This document shows positions 8,960 through 16,618 of a stretch of DNA of 64,000 nt, piece by piece (the first letter of the stretch is position 1; each line of letters starts with the position of its first letter). The notes under the pieces were generated by a model, which was given only the letters and a program-made list of their open reading frames with translations, did no database searches and had not been told where the DNA came from. The translations under genes and the position numbers were made by a program. The stretch lies in assembly GCA_002453155.1 (NCBI GenBank), contig DKGG01000039.1:3714-67713 (forward strand), given 5' to 3'. The DNA is from Bdellovibrionaceae bacterium UBA6776 (GTDB taxonomy: Bacteria > Bdellovibrionota > Bdellovibrionia > Bdellovibrionales > UBA1609).

Positions 8960-10441
8960 ATGCAGATTTCATTTGGTTGGGTTGATCTTCTAGTTGCTTC
9001 GCCAGCAATTGCTTTGTTTGTTGGCAGCTTGGTTCCGGTTTTGATCAAGGCGTTGTCTGGAAACAAAGAGCCAAATGCATTTGTTCCTTACGGGATTGCC
9101 ATGGTCTCTTGCTTTTCGGCCTTGGCACTTTTGTTTGGTAACTGGGGGATTCAAGGGGAATTCTTTTCAAAAGCCATCGTTTTTGATTCCTTATCGATGA
9201 TTGTTTCCATGTTAATTTTGCTTGCGACTTTGGTCGGGCTCACTCTGTTGAAAGAGAACCCTTCCACTCAAAAGCTTCAATTTTCGGAAATAGTTTTTCT
9301 GACTTTGAATGCAGCCATTGGAATGATGGTGTTCGCCTGGTCCAACGACTTGATTGTAACTTTTATTGGCATCGAGCTGATGAGTCTTTGTCTATATGTA
9401 TTGATTGCTTTGAGTGAAGAAGAGCGTCTTTCTAAAGAATCTGCATTTAAGTACTTCGTTTTAGGAAGTTTTGCGTCTGCCGTTTTACTGTATGGAATTT
9501 CATTTATCTTTGGAGCCGGAGGAACGACCAGTCTTCCCGAGCTGAAGCAAATGGCCGTCAACTTGGCTTCCACCAACCGTTTGTTTTTAATCGGGGTGAT
9601 CTTGTTCATGTCCGGTTTGCTTTTTAAATTTTCGATCTTTCCTTTTCACTCCTGGACCCCAGACGTATATCAAGGTTCGCCAACTCCAGTTACAGCCTTT
9701 ATGGCTTCGGGCGTGAAAGTGGCCACGGTCTTTTTTGTTCTTCGATGGATGTCTTTAGACATCTTCACAGCGCCTAGATCTTTTCCATTTGTAGATGTAC
9801 TTCAATGGTTGGCGGTGATCACCATCCTGGTTGGAAATGTGGGCGCCCTTCGACAAAAAAGCATCAAGCGGATGTTGGCCTACTCGGGAGTGGGTCACTC
9901 CGGTTACGTTTTGATTGGTTTGATTGCCGCAGGAATTGGCGGACAGAACTTGGTTGGAGCAACGGGCGTGGTCTATTATCTCTTTGCTTACACCATTATG
10001 ACTTTGGCCTCGTTTGGAGTGCTTTCTTTGCTTGAAAGAAATGCGAACCAAGAAATTGTCTTGGAAGACTTAAAAGGATTGGCGAGATCTCGACCGGTCC
10101 TTGCGGCTAGCCTTTCGGTGGTGCTTTTGAGTTTGGCGGGGATTCCACCCACCGTGGGATTTTTTGGAAAATTCTTGGTGTTGGCTGCAGCCATCAAGCA
10201 AGATTTGAATTGGTTGGCACTTTGGGGTGTTTTAGGTTCTGTCATCAGTGTTTACTACTACCTTCGTCCAATTGTGGCCATGTACATGGAAGAGTCTGTG
10301 CTTGAGGAGCGAACTTGGATTCCCAAACCCGTTTCTCAATTTGCAGTGACTCTTTTGGCATTGATGGTCGTGGGTTTTGGAATTTCTTCGGAAAGCTTTT
10401 TCAACCAGTTCTTTAAATCCGTCTTAGAAATCTTCAGCTGA
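8960..10441 (+). CDS. nuoN: NADH-quinone oxidoreductase subunit N
   Basis: 493 aa ND2-type subunit: LLFKFSIFPFHSWTPDVYQGSPTPVTAFMASGVK. It is the last gene of the co-directional cluster. Confidence 0.9.
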   Translation: MQISFGWVDLLVASPAIALFVGSLVPVLIKALSGNKEPNAFVPYGIAMVSCFSALALLFGNWGIQGEFFSKAIVFDSLSMIVSMLILLATLVGLTLLKENPSTQKLQFSEIVFLTLNAAIGMMVFAWSNDLIVTFIGIELMSLCLYVLIALSEEERLSKESAFKYFVLGSFASAVLLYGISFIFGAGGTTSLPELKQMAVNLASTNRLFLIGVILFMSGLLFKFSIFPFHSWTPDVYQGSPTPVTAFMASGVKVATVFFVLRWMSLDIFTAPRSFPFVDVLQWLAVITILVGNVGALRQKSIKRMLAYSGVGHSGYVLIGLIAAGIGGQNLVGATGVVYYLFAYTIMTLASFGVLSLLERNANQEIVLEDLKGLARSRPVLAASLSVVLLSLAGIPPTVGFFGKFLVLAAAIKQDLNWLALWGVLGSVISVYYYLRPIVAMYMEESVLEERTWIPKPVSQFAVTLLALMVVGFGISSESFFNQFFKSVLEIFS

Positions 10442-10467
10442 TCCCCTTCGGGCTCGGCAAAAATCTT

Positions 10468-10538
10468 CGCCAAAAGGTACCTGCTTCCTTTTCCGATATG
10501 CGGTGCATATCGGAAAAGGAAGCAGGTACCTTTTGGCG
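10468..10538. terminator. 33-bp perfect inverted repeat with a 5-nt loop; putative bidirectional terminator or repeat element between convergent nuoN and the patatin gene
   Basis: Left arm cgccaaaaggtacctgcttccttttccgatatg (10468-10500), loop cggtg, right arm as the exact reverse complement (10506-10538). I checked it base by base and all 33 pairs match. There is no canonical U-tract. Confidence 0.6.
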
Positions 10539-10590
10539 GAATGGGTTTGGATTGTTTGAGATGGGATTGGAATTGGATTTGGGTTTAGAT
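10538..10590 (-). promoter_or_regulatory. 53-nt G-free, C-rich tract in the patatin 3-prime UTR (possible Rho-utilisation-like site)
   Basis: The plus strand 10538-10590 contains no C and, by my count, 21 G. The minus-strand RNA just after the patatin stop (10599-10601) is therefore G-free and about 40 percent C. Confidence 0.25.
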
Positions 10591-10598
10591 CGGTTTGG

Positions 10599-11801
10599 CT
10601 AGACCAAGGGCCGCAGGGATTCCATTGCGGCTCGAAAGCCCGCTTTGACCAAACTCTCTAAAACCTTTTTGTTCAAACTGAAGTGATCCGCAAAAAAGAA
10701 GCGATAATCCGAGGGACTGGGATGGATGTAAATGTAATCCACTGTGGGATTTAAATTGGTTCGCTGGACCAAAATCTCGGTAAGCTTTTCGATGTGCAGC
10801 TCGTCAACCTGAGCTTCTTTCAAATAACCTTGAACGGCCTTAATCATCGACCTCATGTCTTTTTGATGTTTGATGTGGCGTTCAATCTTTTGCTGGACCA
10901 ATTGATAAAGTGCCTGGTTGAAAATGATGGGCATTCCATATTCATGAAGCGAACCCATCTCTTTGTTGTAATGGTAGGGCTGAATGGAATAGCTGCTGAC
11001 TACAAGATCCGCACCTTGATCGGCGGCCACATGGGTCGAAAGGGTGTCCCGAATCTCTCCATCAAAAAAGAAATGTTCCGATCCATTGGGCATACGAATG
11101 GGAGTCGGCGCAAAAAACGGCGGCAAGCTTGCCGAGGCCGAGGCCGCTTCCGAGACCGTCGCAAAATTTGCGTACATGATTTCTTTGGACTTCGTCGTTT
11201 CCGAATACGGACCAAAGACCACCTTGCGGGAATGATTCAATTGAGTGGCCACAATATACAACTCGGCAGCCAGTGAATGAAAATCATTGTCGGTCAGGAC
11301 CTTCTCGCGAAGGTAACGTTCCAAGTTTCGGGTGCTAAAAAGACCATTCACCTTGAAGCCTTTTTTGAACAAGGTCTCTAGACCTCCGGACAGGGAAGGC
11401 CGCTCTTTGAACAGCTTGGAGAGCAGGTTGGAGGGGTGAGCACTCTGGATATTCAGTGCAAAAATGTCCTTGTAAGTGATTGGATACAGGTCATTTTCAT
11501 GAGTATCCAAGGGACGCGAGGAGGAGAACCCAGCCCCTTTGGTAAAGGCGTCCACAATGGCGTCCACTGAGTATCCACTGGCGAGGAAAGAAGAGATCAT
11601 CGACCCTGCGCTAGAGCCCACATACAAGGTAAAGGTCATTTCCTGTCCCTCAAACTTGAACTTCGGATCGCGGTGAAATCCTCCGGAGAACTTGAATCCC
11701 TTCTCACGAAGGGCAAGGACCACTCCAATATGGAAAGCCGCCGCCTTCACTCCGCCGCCACTTAGAACCAGGGCCAACTTCTTCTTTTGCTGTACACGCA
11801 T
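10599..11801 (-). CDS. Patatin-like phospholipase
   Basis: 400 aa. It has the oxyanion GGGVKAAAFHIG (GxGxxG), the nucleophile elbow GSSAGS (GxSxG) and the catalytic DGE (DGA/G) motif in the expected order. Confidence 0.85.
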   Translation of the reverse strand: MRVQQKKKLALVLSGGGVKAAAFHIGVVLALREKGFKFSGGFHRDPKFKFEGQEMTFTLYVGSSAGSMISSFLASGYSVDAIVDAFTKGAGFSSSRPLDTHENDLYPITYKDIFALNIQSAHPSNLLSKLFKERPSLSGGLETLFKKGFKVNGLFSTRNLERYLREKVLTDNDFHSLAAELYIVATQLNHSRKVVFGPYSETTKSKEIMYANFATVSEAASASASLPPFFAPTPIRMPNGSEHFFFDGEIRDTLSTHVAADQGADLVVSSYSIQPYHYNKEMGSLHEYGMPIIFNQALYQLVQQKIERHIKHQKDMRSMIKAVQGYLKEAQVDELHIEKLTEILVQRTNLNPTVDYIYIHPSPSDYRFFFADHFSLNKKVLESLVKAGFRAAMESLRPLV

Positions 11802-11938
11802 AGTCTTATTAGATCTGGTTATTCATAGACTTTCAATCACTTGACCAGTGCCTAAGTCTGGATTTTATTTGAATAGTCCTGTGACTCTTTACAGGGGTGA
11901 GGCCTGTGTTAATGTCTGATTAACCAGAAGGAGATGTT

Positions 11939-12559
11939 TTGGCGAAGGAAAACTGGCTAACTCTGATGGAATACTCAAGTCAACATAACGTGAGTATCTC
12001 CACCTTGAGGAGAAAGATTAAGTCCAACGACTTAACCTTCCAGTTCACCGACGGGAAATATTTCATTCTGGATGACTCCCTCCCAACACAAAAGCAGGCT
12101 TCTGGCCCTGAGACCATCGTCCCCCCCAAAGGTAGTGCCACTCAGGACCAGGAGCCTAAAGCTCCTTCTTCTCAAGGCTCGGATTCGAGCGAGACCACGA
12201 AGCTTCTTTTGCAAGAGATCAAAAAGGCCTACTCCATGGTTCTCCAGGAGAAGGAAGAGCAGATCCTTCAACTCAAAGAAGAAGTCTCGGACCTTCAAAC
12301 TTTGGTTCGAGTCCTTGAAAATGAAGTGCAACGGCAGAAGACTGTGATTGAGGCGTCGGCCAAACCTGTGGCTCCCACCGCCACCAAATCGGCGAGCCCT
12401 CAACCGTCTCCGCAGCCTCAGCAAAGTTCTGTGAAAAACCCAGAGTCTCTTTCCAGCCGGATGGCGGCAGAGCAGCCTGCAGCGGCAGCGGCGGCTCCCA
12501 TGCGAAGTTCCTCTTCGCTTTCGGCCTTGGACTTCGATTTGGAGCTCGATCAGTTCTAA
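11939..12559 (+). CDS. Hypothetical DNA-binding protein: N-terminal excisionase/MerR-like HTH, coiled coil, and a Pro/Gln/Ala-rich tail
   Basis: TTG start preceded by AGGAGA. LTLMEYSSQHNVSISTLRRKIKSNDLTFQFTDGKYFI resembles HTH_17-type domains. Heptad-like LLQEIKKAYSMVLQEKEEQILQLKEEVSDLQTLVRVLENEVQ follows, then a low-complexity tail. Confidence 0.6.
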   Translation: MAKENWLTLMEYSSQHNVSISTLRRKIKSNDLTFQFTDGKYFILDDSLPTQKQASGPETIVPPKGSATQDQEPKAPSSQGSDSSETTKLLLQEIKKAYSMVLQEKEEQILQLKEEVSDLQTLVRVLENEVQRQKTVIEASAKPVAPTATKSASPQPSPQPQQSSVKNPESLSSRMAAEQPAAAAAAPMRSSSSLSALDFDLELDQF

Positions 12560-12576
12560 GCATCCCGGTCCCATCT

Positions 12577-13479
12577 TTGCAAAATCAAGTCTGCAAATTG
12601 ACAGTTGAAATGCCATTTCATATTCAGAGTTCAGCACAATGCGGTTCAGGGGAGAGGCTTTTGAAAATATTTGGAAATAGTTCAGGTCCTGTTGAAAAGT
12701 TGAACGGGTGCCAGTGGGGAAAGCTTTGGCTTTTTGTTGCCCTGGTTCTTTTTGCGGGATCAACCTGGGCCAAAGAGGATTCCTTTTGTGAAAAGGCCCT
12801 GGCCCGAAATCAGGAAATTTCCAACAGCAAAACCTACGCACGGGTCAAAGTTGAAATTCGCCGCCGAGCTTTGGAGTCCGCAGAGCGCCACCGGCTGGAT
12901 GATTTTGATTTGGAGGAAATGGTTCAAACTTCTCAGGTCAGCAGCTTTCGAAAAAACAAAAGAAACATTCTGGTTCTCTTTCACACAGTTCGCGATAAAA
13001 AGCGTTACCGAGATTACGTCTACGCGGCGGAAGTCCAGCAAGCCTTCACTCCTGGAAGAACCAAATCCGTGACTCTTTTGGATTTCTTCCGACCCTCGAC
13101 AGTCTATGATGAATCCAAACTCATGAGAGAGCTTGCGGAATCTGAAAAGTACCGCGGTTTTCAGTTTTCCATTTCCAGCGGCATTTTTAGAAAGCTGGAA
13201 GGGGGCTGGGAAATTCCTCGAGGTCCATTGGCAGTCACGCTGACACCCATGGTTCGGGCAAAGATCTTTTTAAAGCACAACATCGATTTGAATTTGTTGA
13301 GAGCGGCCTTTGGTCATCCTCCAGATATTGTGAGGCTTTCAACCAAGGGCAATCAAACCATAGAGATGATTTACGAAACAGAAGATCAATCACTGCTGAT
13401 TGTTGTAGCAAAGGGTCCCAAACCTGAGACCCTGAACTTAGTGACGGCTTATTTTTTTAGCAAAGAGCTTCAGAACTAA
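12577..13479 (+). CDS. Hypothetical secreted protein (real start probably the in-frame TTG at 12700)
   Basis: The signal-like segment KLWLFVALVLFAGSTWA begins 41 codons into the tracked ORF. I recognised no family motif. Confidence 0.5.
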   Translation: MQNQVCKLTVEMPFHIQSSAQCGSGERLLKIFGNSSGPVEKLNGCQWGKLWLFVALVLFAGSTWAKEDSFCEKALARNQEISNSKTYARVKVEIRRRALESAERHRLDDFDLEEMVQTSQVSSFRKNKRNILVLFHTVRDKKRYRDYVYAAEVQQAFTPGRTKSVTLLDFFRPSTVYDESKLMRELAESEKYRGFQFSISSGIFRKLEGGWEIPRGPLAVTLTPMVRAKIFLKHNIDLNLLRAAFGHPPDIVRLSTKGNQTIEMIYETEDQSLLIVVAKGPKPETLNLVTAYFFSKELQN

Positions 13480-13485
13480 AAGTTC

Positions 13486-15894
13486 TTATGCTGCCGCGGA
13501 AGTGGGTTTGCCCTTTTTGGCAGCTCTTCCCACAGGCTTTTTGCTTTCTTCGGTGCGATCCAAAGCCATTGCAAAAACTTCGTCTAGGTTTTCAACGAAG
13601 ATGAAATTCATCTTCTTTTTGAAATCCTCAGGAATGTCCACAACGTCTTTCTTGTTGGCCAAAGGCAAGATCACTGTTGAAACTCCGTGGGTGAGTGCCG
13701 CAAGACACTTTTCACGAATCCCACCAACAGGTAGAACTCGACCAGAGAGAGTGATTTCGCCGGTCATGGCCACGTCTTTCTTAACAGGGACGCCTGTTGC
13801 AAGGCTGATCAAAGCGGTTGATAAAGTCACCCCAGCCGAAGGTCCATCTTTAGGAATGGCACCCGCAGGCAAGTGGATGTGAACTTGGTGTTCGTCAAAC
13901 CAGTCAGGATCAATTTCAAGCCAATCTGCATTTGCCCGTGCATAAGAAGCAGCGGCTTGAGCAGATTCTTTCATCACATCACCCAATTGTCCGGTCAGAG
14001 TGAGTCCACCCTTTCCTTTCATTTTCAAAGCTTCTACGTAAAGCACTTCTCCACCAGCTTGAGTCCAGGCCAAACCTGTTGAAACTCCCACTTGGTTTTC
14101 TTTCAAGCGCTCTTCTTTTAAGAATCTTGCAGGACCCAAAAGTTCTTGAACCACTTCTGCATCCACAACAACTTTTTCAACTTCACCAAACACATATTTT
14201 TTAGCAACTTTTCGACAAACAGATCCCACTTCTCTTTCGAGATTTCGAAGACCCGCTTCACGAGTGTAGTGAGCAATAAGGAATCCTAGACCTTCATCAG
14301 TAAATTCGATTTGGTCAGGACCAATTCCATTTGCATCCATCTGACGACGAACCAAATGTTGTTTTGCGATAAAGAGTTTGTCTGAATCGGTGTAACCAGA
14401 AATGTGCAAGGTTTCCATACGGTCACGAAGTGCTGCAGGGATATTTTCAAAAACGTTGGCTGTGGCGATGAACAACACATTGCTCAAATCAAAATCCACA
14501 TTCAAGTAGTTGTCTTTAAAGGTTGAGTTTTGTTCGGGATCCAACACCTCAAGCATTGCGGCACTGGGGTCACCTCTAAAATCAGAACCCAATTTGTCAA
14601 TCTCATCCAAAACGATCACAGGGTTGTTGGTTTTAACCTGTTTTAAAGCTTGAACGATTTTACCTGGCATTGCGCCCACATATGTTCGGCGGTGACCACG
14701 AATCTCGGCCTCGTCTTTGACTCCACCTAAAGCGATGCGGTGATATTCTCTGCCCATCGAGCGAGCAATGCTCTTTCCAAGAGAGGTTTTTCCAACTCCG
14801 GGAGGTCCTACAAAACAAAGAATAGGACCTTTCATGTCTTTTTCTTTGAGTTTTCGAACAGCTAAGAATTCAAGAACGCGGTCTTTAGCTTTGTGAAGAT
14901 CGTAGTGGTCTTCATCCAAGATTTCTTTTGCACGCTGCAAATCCAAGTTGTCTTTGGAGGAGACATTCCAAGGAAGATCTACCATCCAATCCAAGTAGGT
15001 ACGAACCATGCTGGCTTCAGAAGCATCGGGATGCATTCTTTCAAGTCGAGCCAATTGTTTCAAAGCTTCTTCTTGAACTTTAGGAGGCATTCCAGAGTTG
15101 TTCACTTTCTCGCGAATTTCTTCCAGTTCCTCAGATTTGGGATCATTGTCGCCGAGCTCATTTTTAATGGCTCTCATTTGTTCTCTCAAAAAATGTTCTC
15201 TTTGAGCTTTTCCGGTGTCTTCTTTGGCGCCTTGATTTCCAAGTTTAGATTGAGTTTTTAGAACTTCAAACTCAGTGGCCAAAATTTGGTTTACAACTTT
15301 TAGTCTTTCAACAGGACAGTCAGTTTCCAAAACTTTTTGCGCTTCAGCCACTTTCAATCCGAGGTTGCTGGCAATCAAATCAGCCAAACGTCCAGGATCT
15401 GTGACATCATCCAAAACAAGAAGGATGTCTGGAGAAAGCATGCGTCCCAAAGCAATGATTTTTTCCAATTGCTCTTTTGCAGTGCGAATCAAAGCTTCCA
15501 CTTCGACTTCACTGGCGCTGTGTACGGTGTCAGAAATTTTCTCAATTTTAGTTTCGAAATAAGGAGCGGAAGTGTTGAACTCGGTGATCTTTGCTTTGCA
15601 AACGCCTTGAATCAAAACTTTTACTCGACCATCGGACAGTTTTCTCATTCTCATAATCATGGCCACTGTTCCAATGGGGTAAATGGATTCAGGGCTAGGA
15701 TTTTCTTCGGCAATGTCTTTTTGAGAAGCTAAGAAAATCAATCGATTTTTAGAAAGGGATTCTTCCACTGCCTTGATTGAAGAATCACGGCCCACGTAAA
15801 GGGGAAGGATCATGTAAGGGAAAACCACAATGTCTCTAACAGGTAGAAGGGGTAGTGATTCTGGCACATCAATTACTTTATCATCAAAGCTCAT
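13486..15894 (-). CDS. lon: ATP-dependent Lon protease
   Basis: 802 aa. It has a Lon N-domain, Walker A GPPGVGKTS, Walker B VIVLDEIDK, and a proteolytic domain with PKDGPSAGV (catalytic Ser). GGAGG lies upstream of the ATG. Confidence 0.97.
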   Translation of the reverse strand: MSFDDKVIDVPESLPLLPVRDIVVFPYMILPLYVGRDSSIKAVEESLSKNRLIFLASQKDIAEENPSPESIYPIGTVAMIMRMRKLSDGRVKVLIQGVCKAKITEFNTSAPYFETKIEKISDTVHSASEVEVEALIRTAKEQLEKIIALGRMLSPDILLVLDDVTDPGRLADLIASNLGLKVAEAQKVLETDCPVERLKVVNQILATEFEVLKTQSKLGNQGAKEDTGKAQREHFLREQMRAIKNELGDNDPKSEELEEIREKVNNSGMPPKVQEEALKQLARLERMHPDASEASMVRTYLDWMVDLPWNVSSKDNLDLQRAKEILDEDHYDLHKAKDRVLEFLAVRKLKEKDMKGPILCFVGPPGVGKTSLGKSIARSMGREYHRIALGGVKDEAEIRGHRRTYVGAMPGKIVQALKQVKTNNPVIVLDEIDKLGSDFRGDPSAAMLEVLDPEQNSTFKDNYLNVDFDLSNVLFIATANVFENIPAALRDRMETLHISGYTDSDKLFIAKQHLVRRQMDANGIGPDQIEFTDEGLGFLIAHYTREAGLRNLEREVGSVCRKVAKKYVFGEVEKVVVDAEVVQELLGPARFLKEERLKENQVGVSTGLAWTQAGGEVLYVEALKMKGKGGLTLTGQLGDVMKESAQAAASYARANADWLEIDPDWFDEHQVHIHLPAGAIPKDGPSAGVTLSTALISLATGVPVKKDVAMTGEITLSGRVLPVGGIREKCLAALTHGVSTVILPLANKKDVVDIPEDFKKKMNFIFVENLDEVFAMALDRTEESKKPVGRAAKKGKPTSAAA

Positions 15895-15946
15895 TCGTTC
15901 CTCCGCTGTAACTCCTTCTCGGCGGCCCGAACATTTGCTTTAAGCT

Positions 15947-16153
15947 CTAAACAATAATTTCGTCCTTAGGCTTGTGGTTTTTCTGAGACAGTCTCTGCTC
16001 CACGCGCAGAGCCCGACGCAATCTTTTCATCAGACCGAGTCGATTTGCTTTCCGTAAGGAGAATCTTTCCAGGATTTTTTTCTTCTCCTCAATGAGGACT
16101 TCTAGACCTTCATCCATAAGAGAGGAAGTACACCTTTTATGGATGATGGCCAA
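15947..16153 (-). CDS. Small basic hypothetical ORF (68 aa)
   Basis: It fills the gap between the DksA-like gene and lon on the same strand. It has a TTG start, no clear RBS and no recognisable motif. Confidence 0.25.
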   Translation of the reverse strand: MAIIHKRCTSSLMDEGLEVLIEEKKKILERFSLRKANRLGLMKRLRRALRVEQRLSQKNHKPKDEIIV

Positions 16154-16183
16154 AAGCTTTTGCAGCGCGGGAAAGAATCAATT

Positions 16184-16558
16184 TTATTTGGCTTCTCGCA
16201 ATTCCGCACCCTCAAGGCTGAGGCGCGTCCAAGGAATGGCCAAAAGACGGGCGGTTTCAATTTCTTCCAAAGTCTCTTCGCAAATTCCGAAACTGTTGCT
16301 TTCGATGCGACCTAAGGCTTGTTCCACTTCTAAAAGTTGGTTTCGCAAAAGGTGGTGACTGACAAAGTGCTGGTGCTCATTGATAACGCCCATACTTTGA
16401 TCACCCTCATCTCCGCGAGAGGTGGAATCTCTTTTTAAAAATTCCTGATGTTGGTTTCGAATGCGGTTGAGCAAATTTGATTTTTTCTCAATCAGTTTCA
16501 TTTTGCAGATTTCGATGGCTTGTTCGCGATCCATTTTAACCTCCCCCTCGACCAACAT
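16184..16558 (-). CDS. DksA/TraR-family regulator lacking the Cys4 zinc finger (likely start at the ATG at 16534)
   Basis: It has a coiled-coil region with GDEGDQS (compare the DksA tip DxxDxA). The C-terminal FGICEETLEEIETARLLAIPWTRLSLEGAE aligns with the DksA zinc-finger region but keeps only one Cys. Confidence 0.65.
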   Translation of the reverse strand: MLVEGEVKMDREQAIEICKMKLIEKKSNLLNRIRNQHQEFLKRDSTSRGDEGDQSMGVINEHQHFVSHHLLRNQLLEVEQALGRIESNSFGICEETLEEIETARLLAIPWTRLSLEGAELREAK

Positions 16559-16618
16559 CTGGCTGTGGTCTCTCTGTTACCTAAGACAGGAGAGATTAAA
16601 AATCAGGTTAAAAGTTAT

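Noticed and set aside
10599-11801. Patatin-like phospholipase as a CBASS or other defence-system effector
   Set aside because: No cyclase, sensor, SMODS/SAVED or other partner gene is adjacent. Its neighbours are nuoN and an HTH protein, so it is more likely a stand-alone lipase.
12032-12841. 269-aa ORF on the minus strand overlapping two plus-strand genes
   Set aside because: It is Arg/Leu/Pro-rich nonsense-like sequence, generated by the compositionally biased (Pro/Gln/Ala/Ser) region of the HTH/coiled-coil gene on the opposite strand.
13486-15894. Lon protease as part of an accessory (defence or TA-linked) module
   Set aside because: It is a full-length canonical LonA (N-domain, AAA+, S16 protease) in a housekeeping context, so it is treated as the core lon gene.
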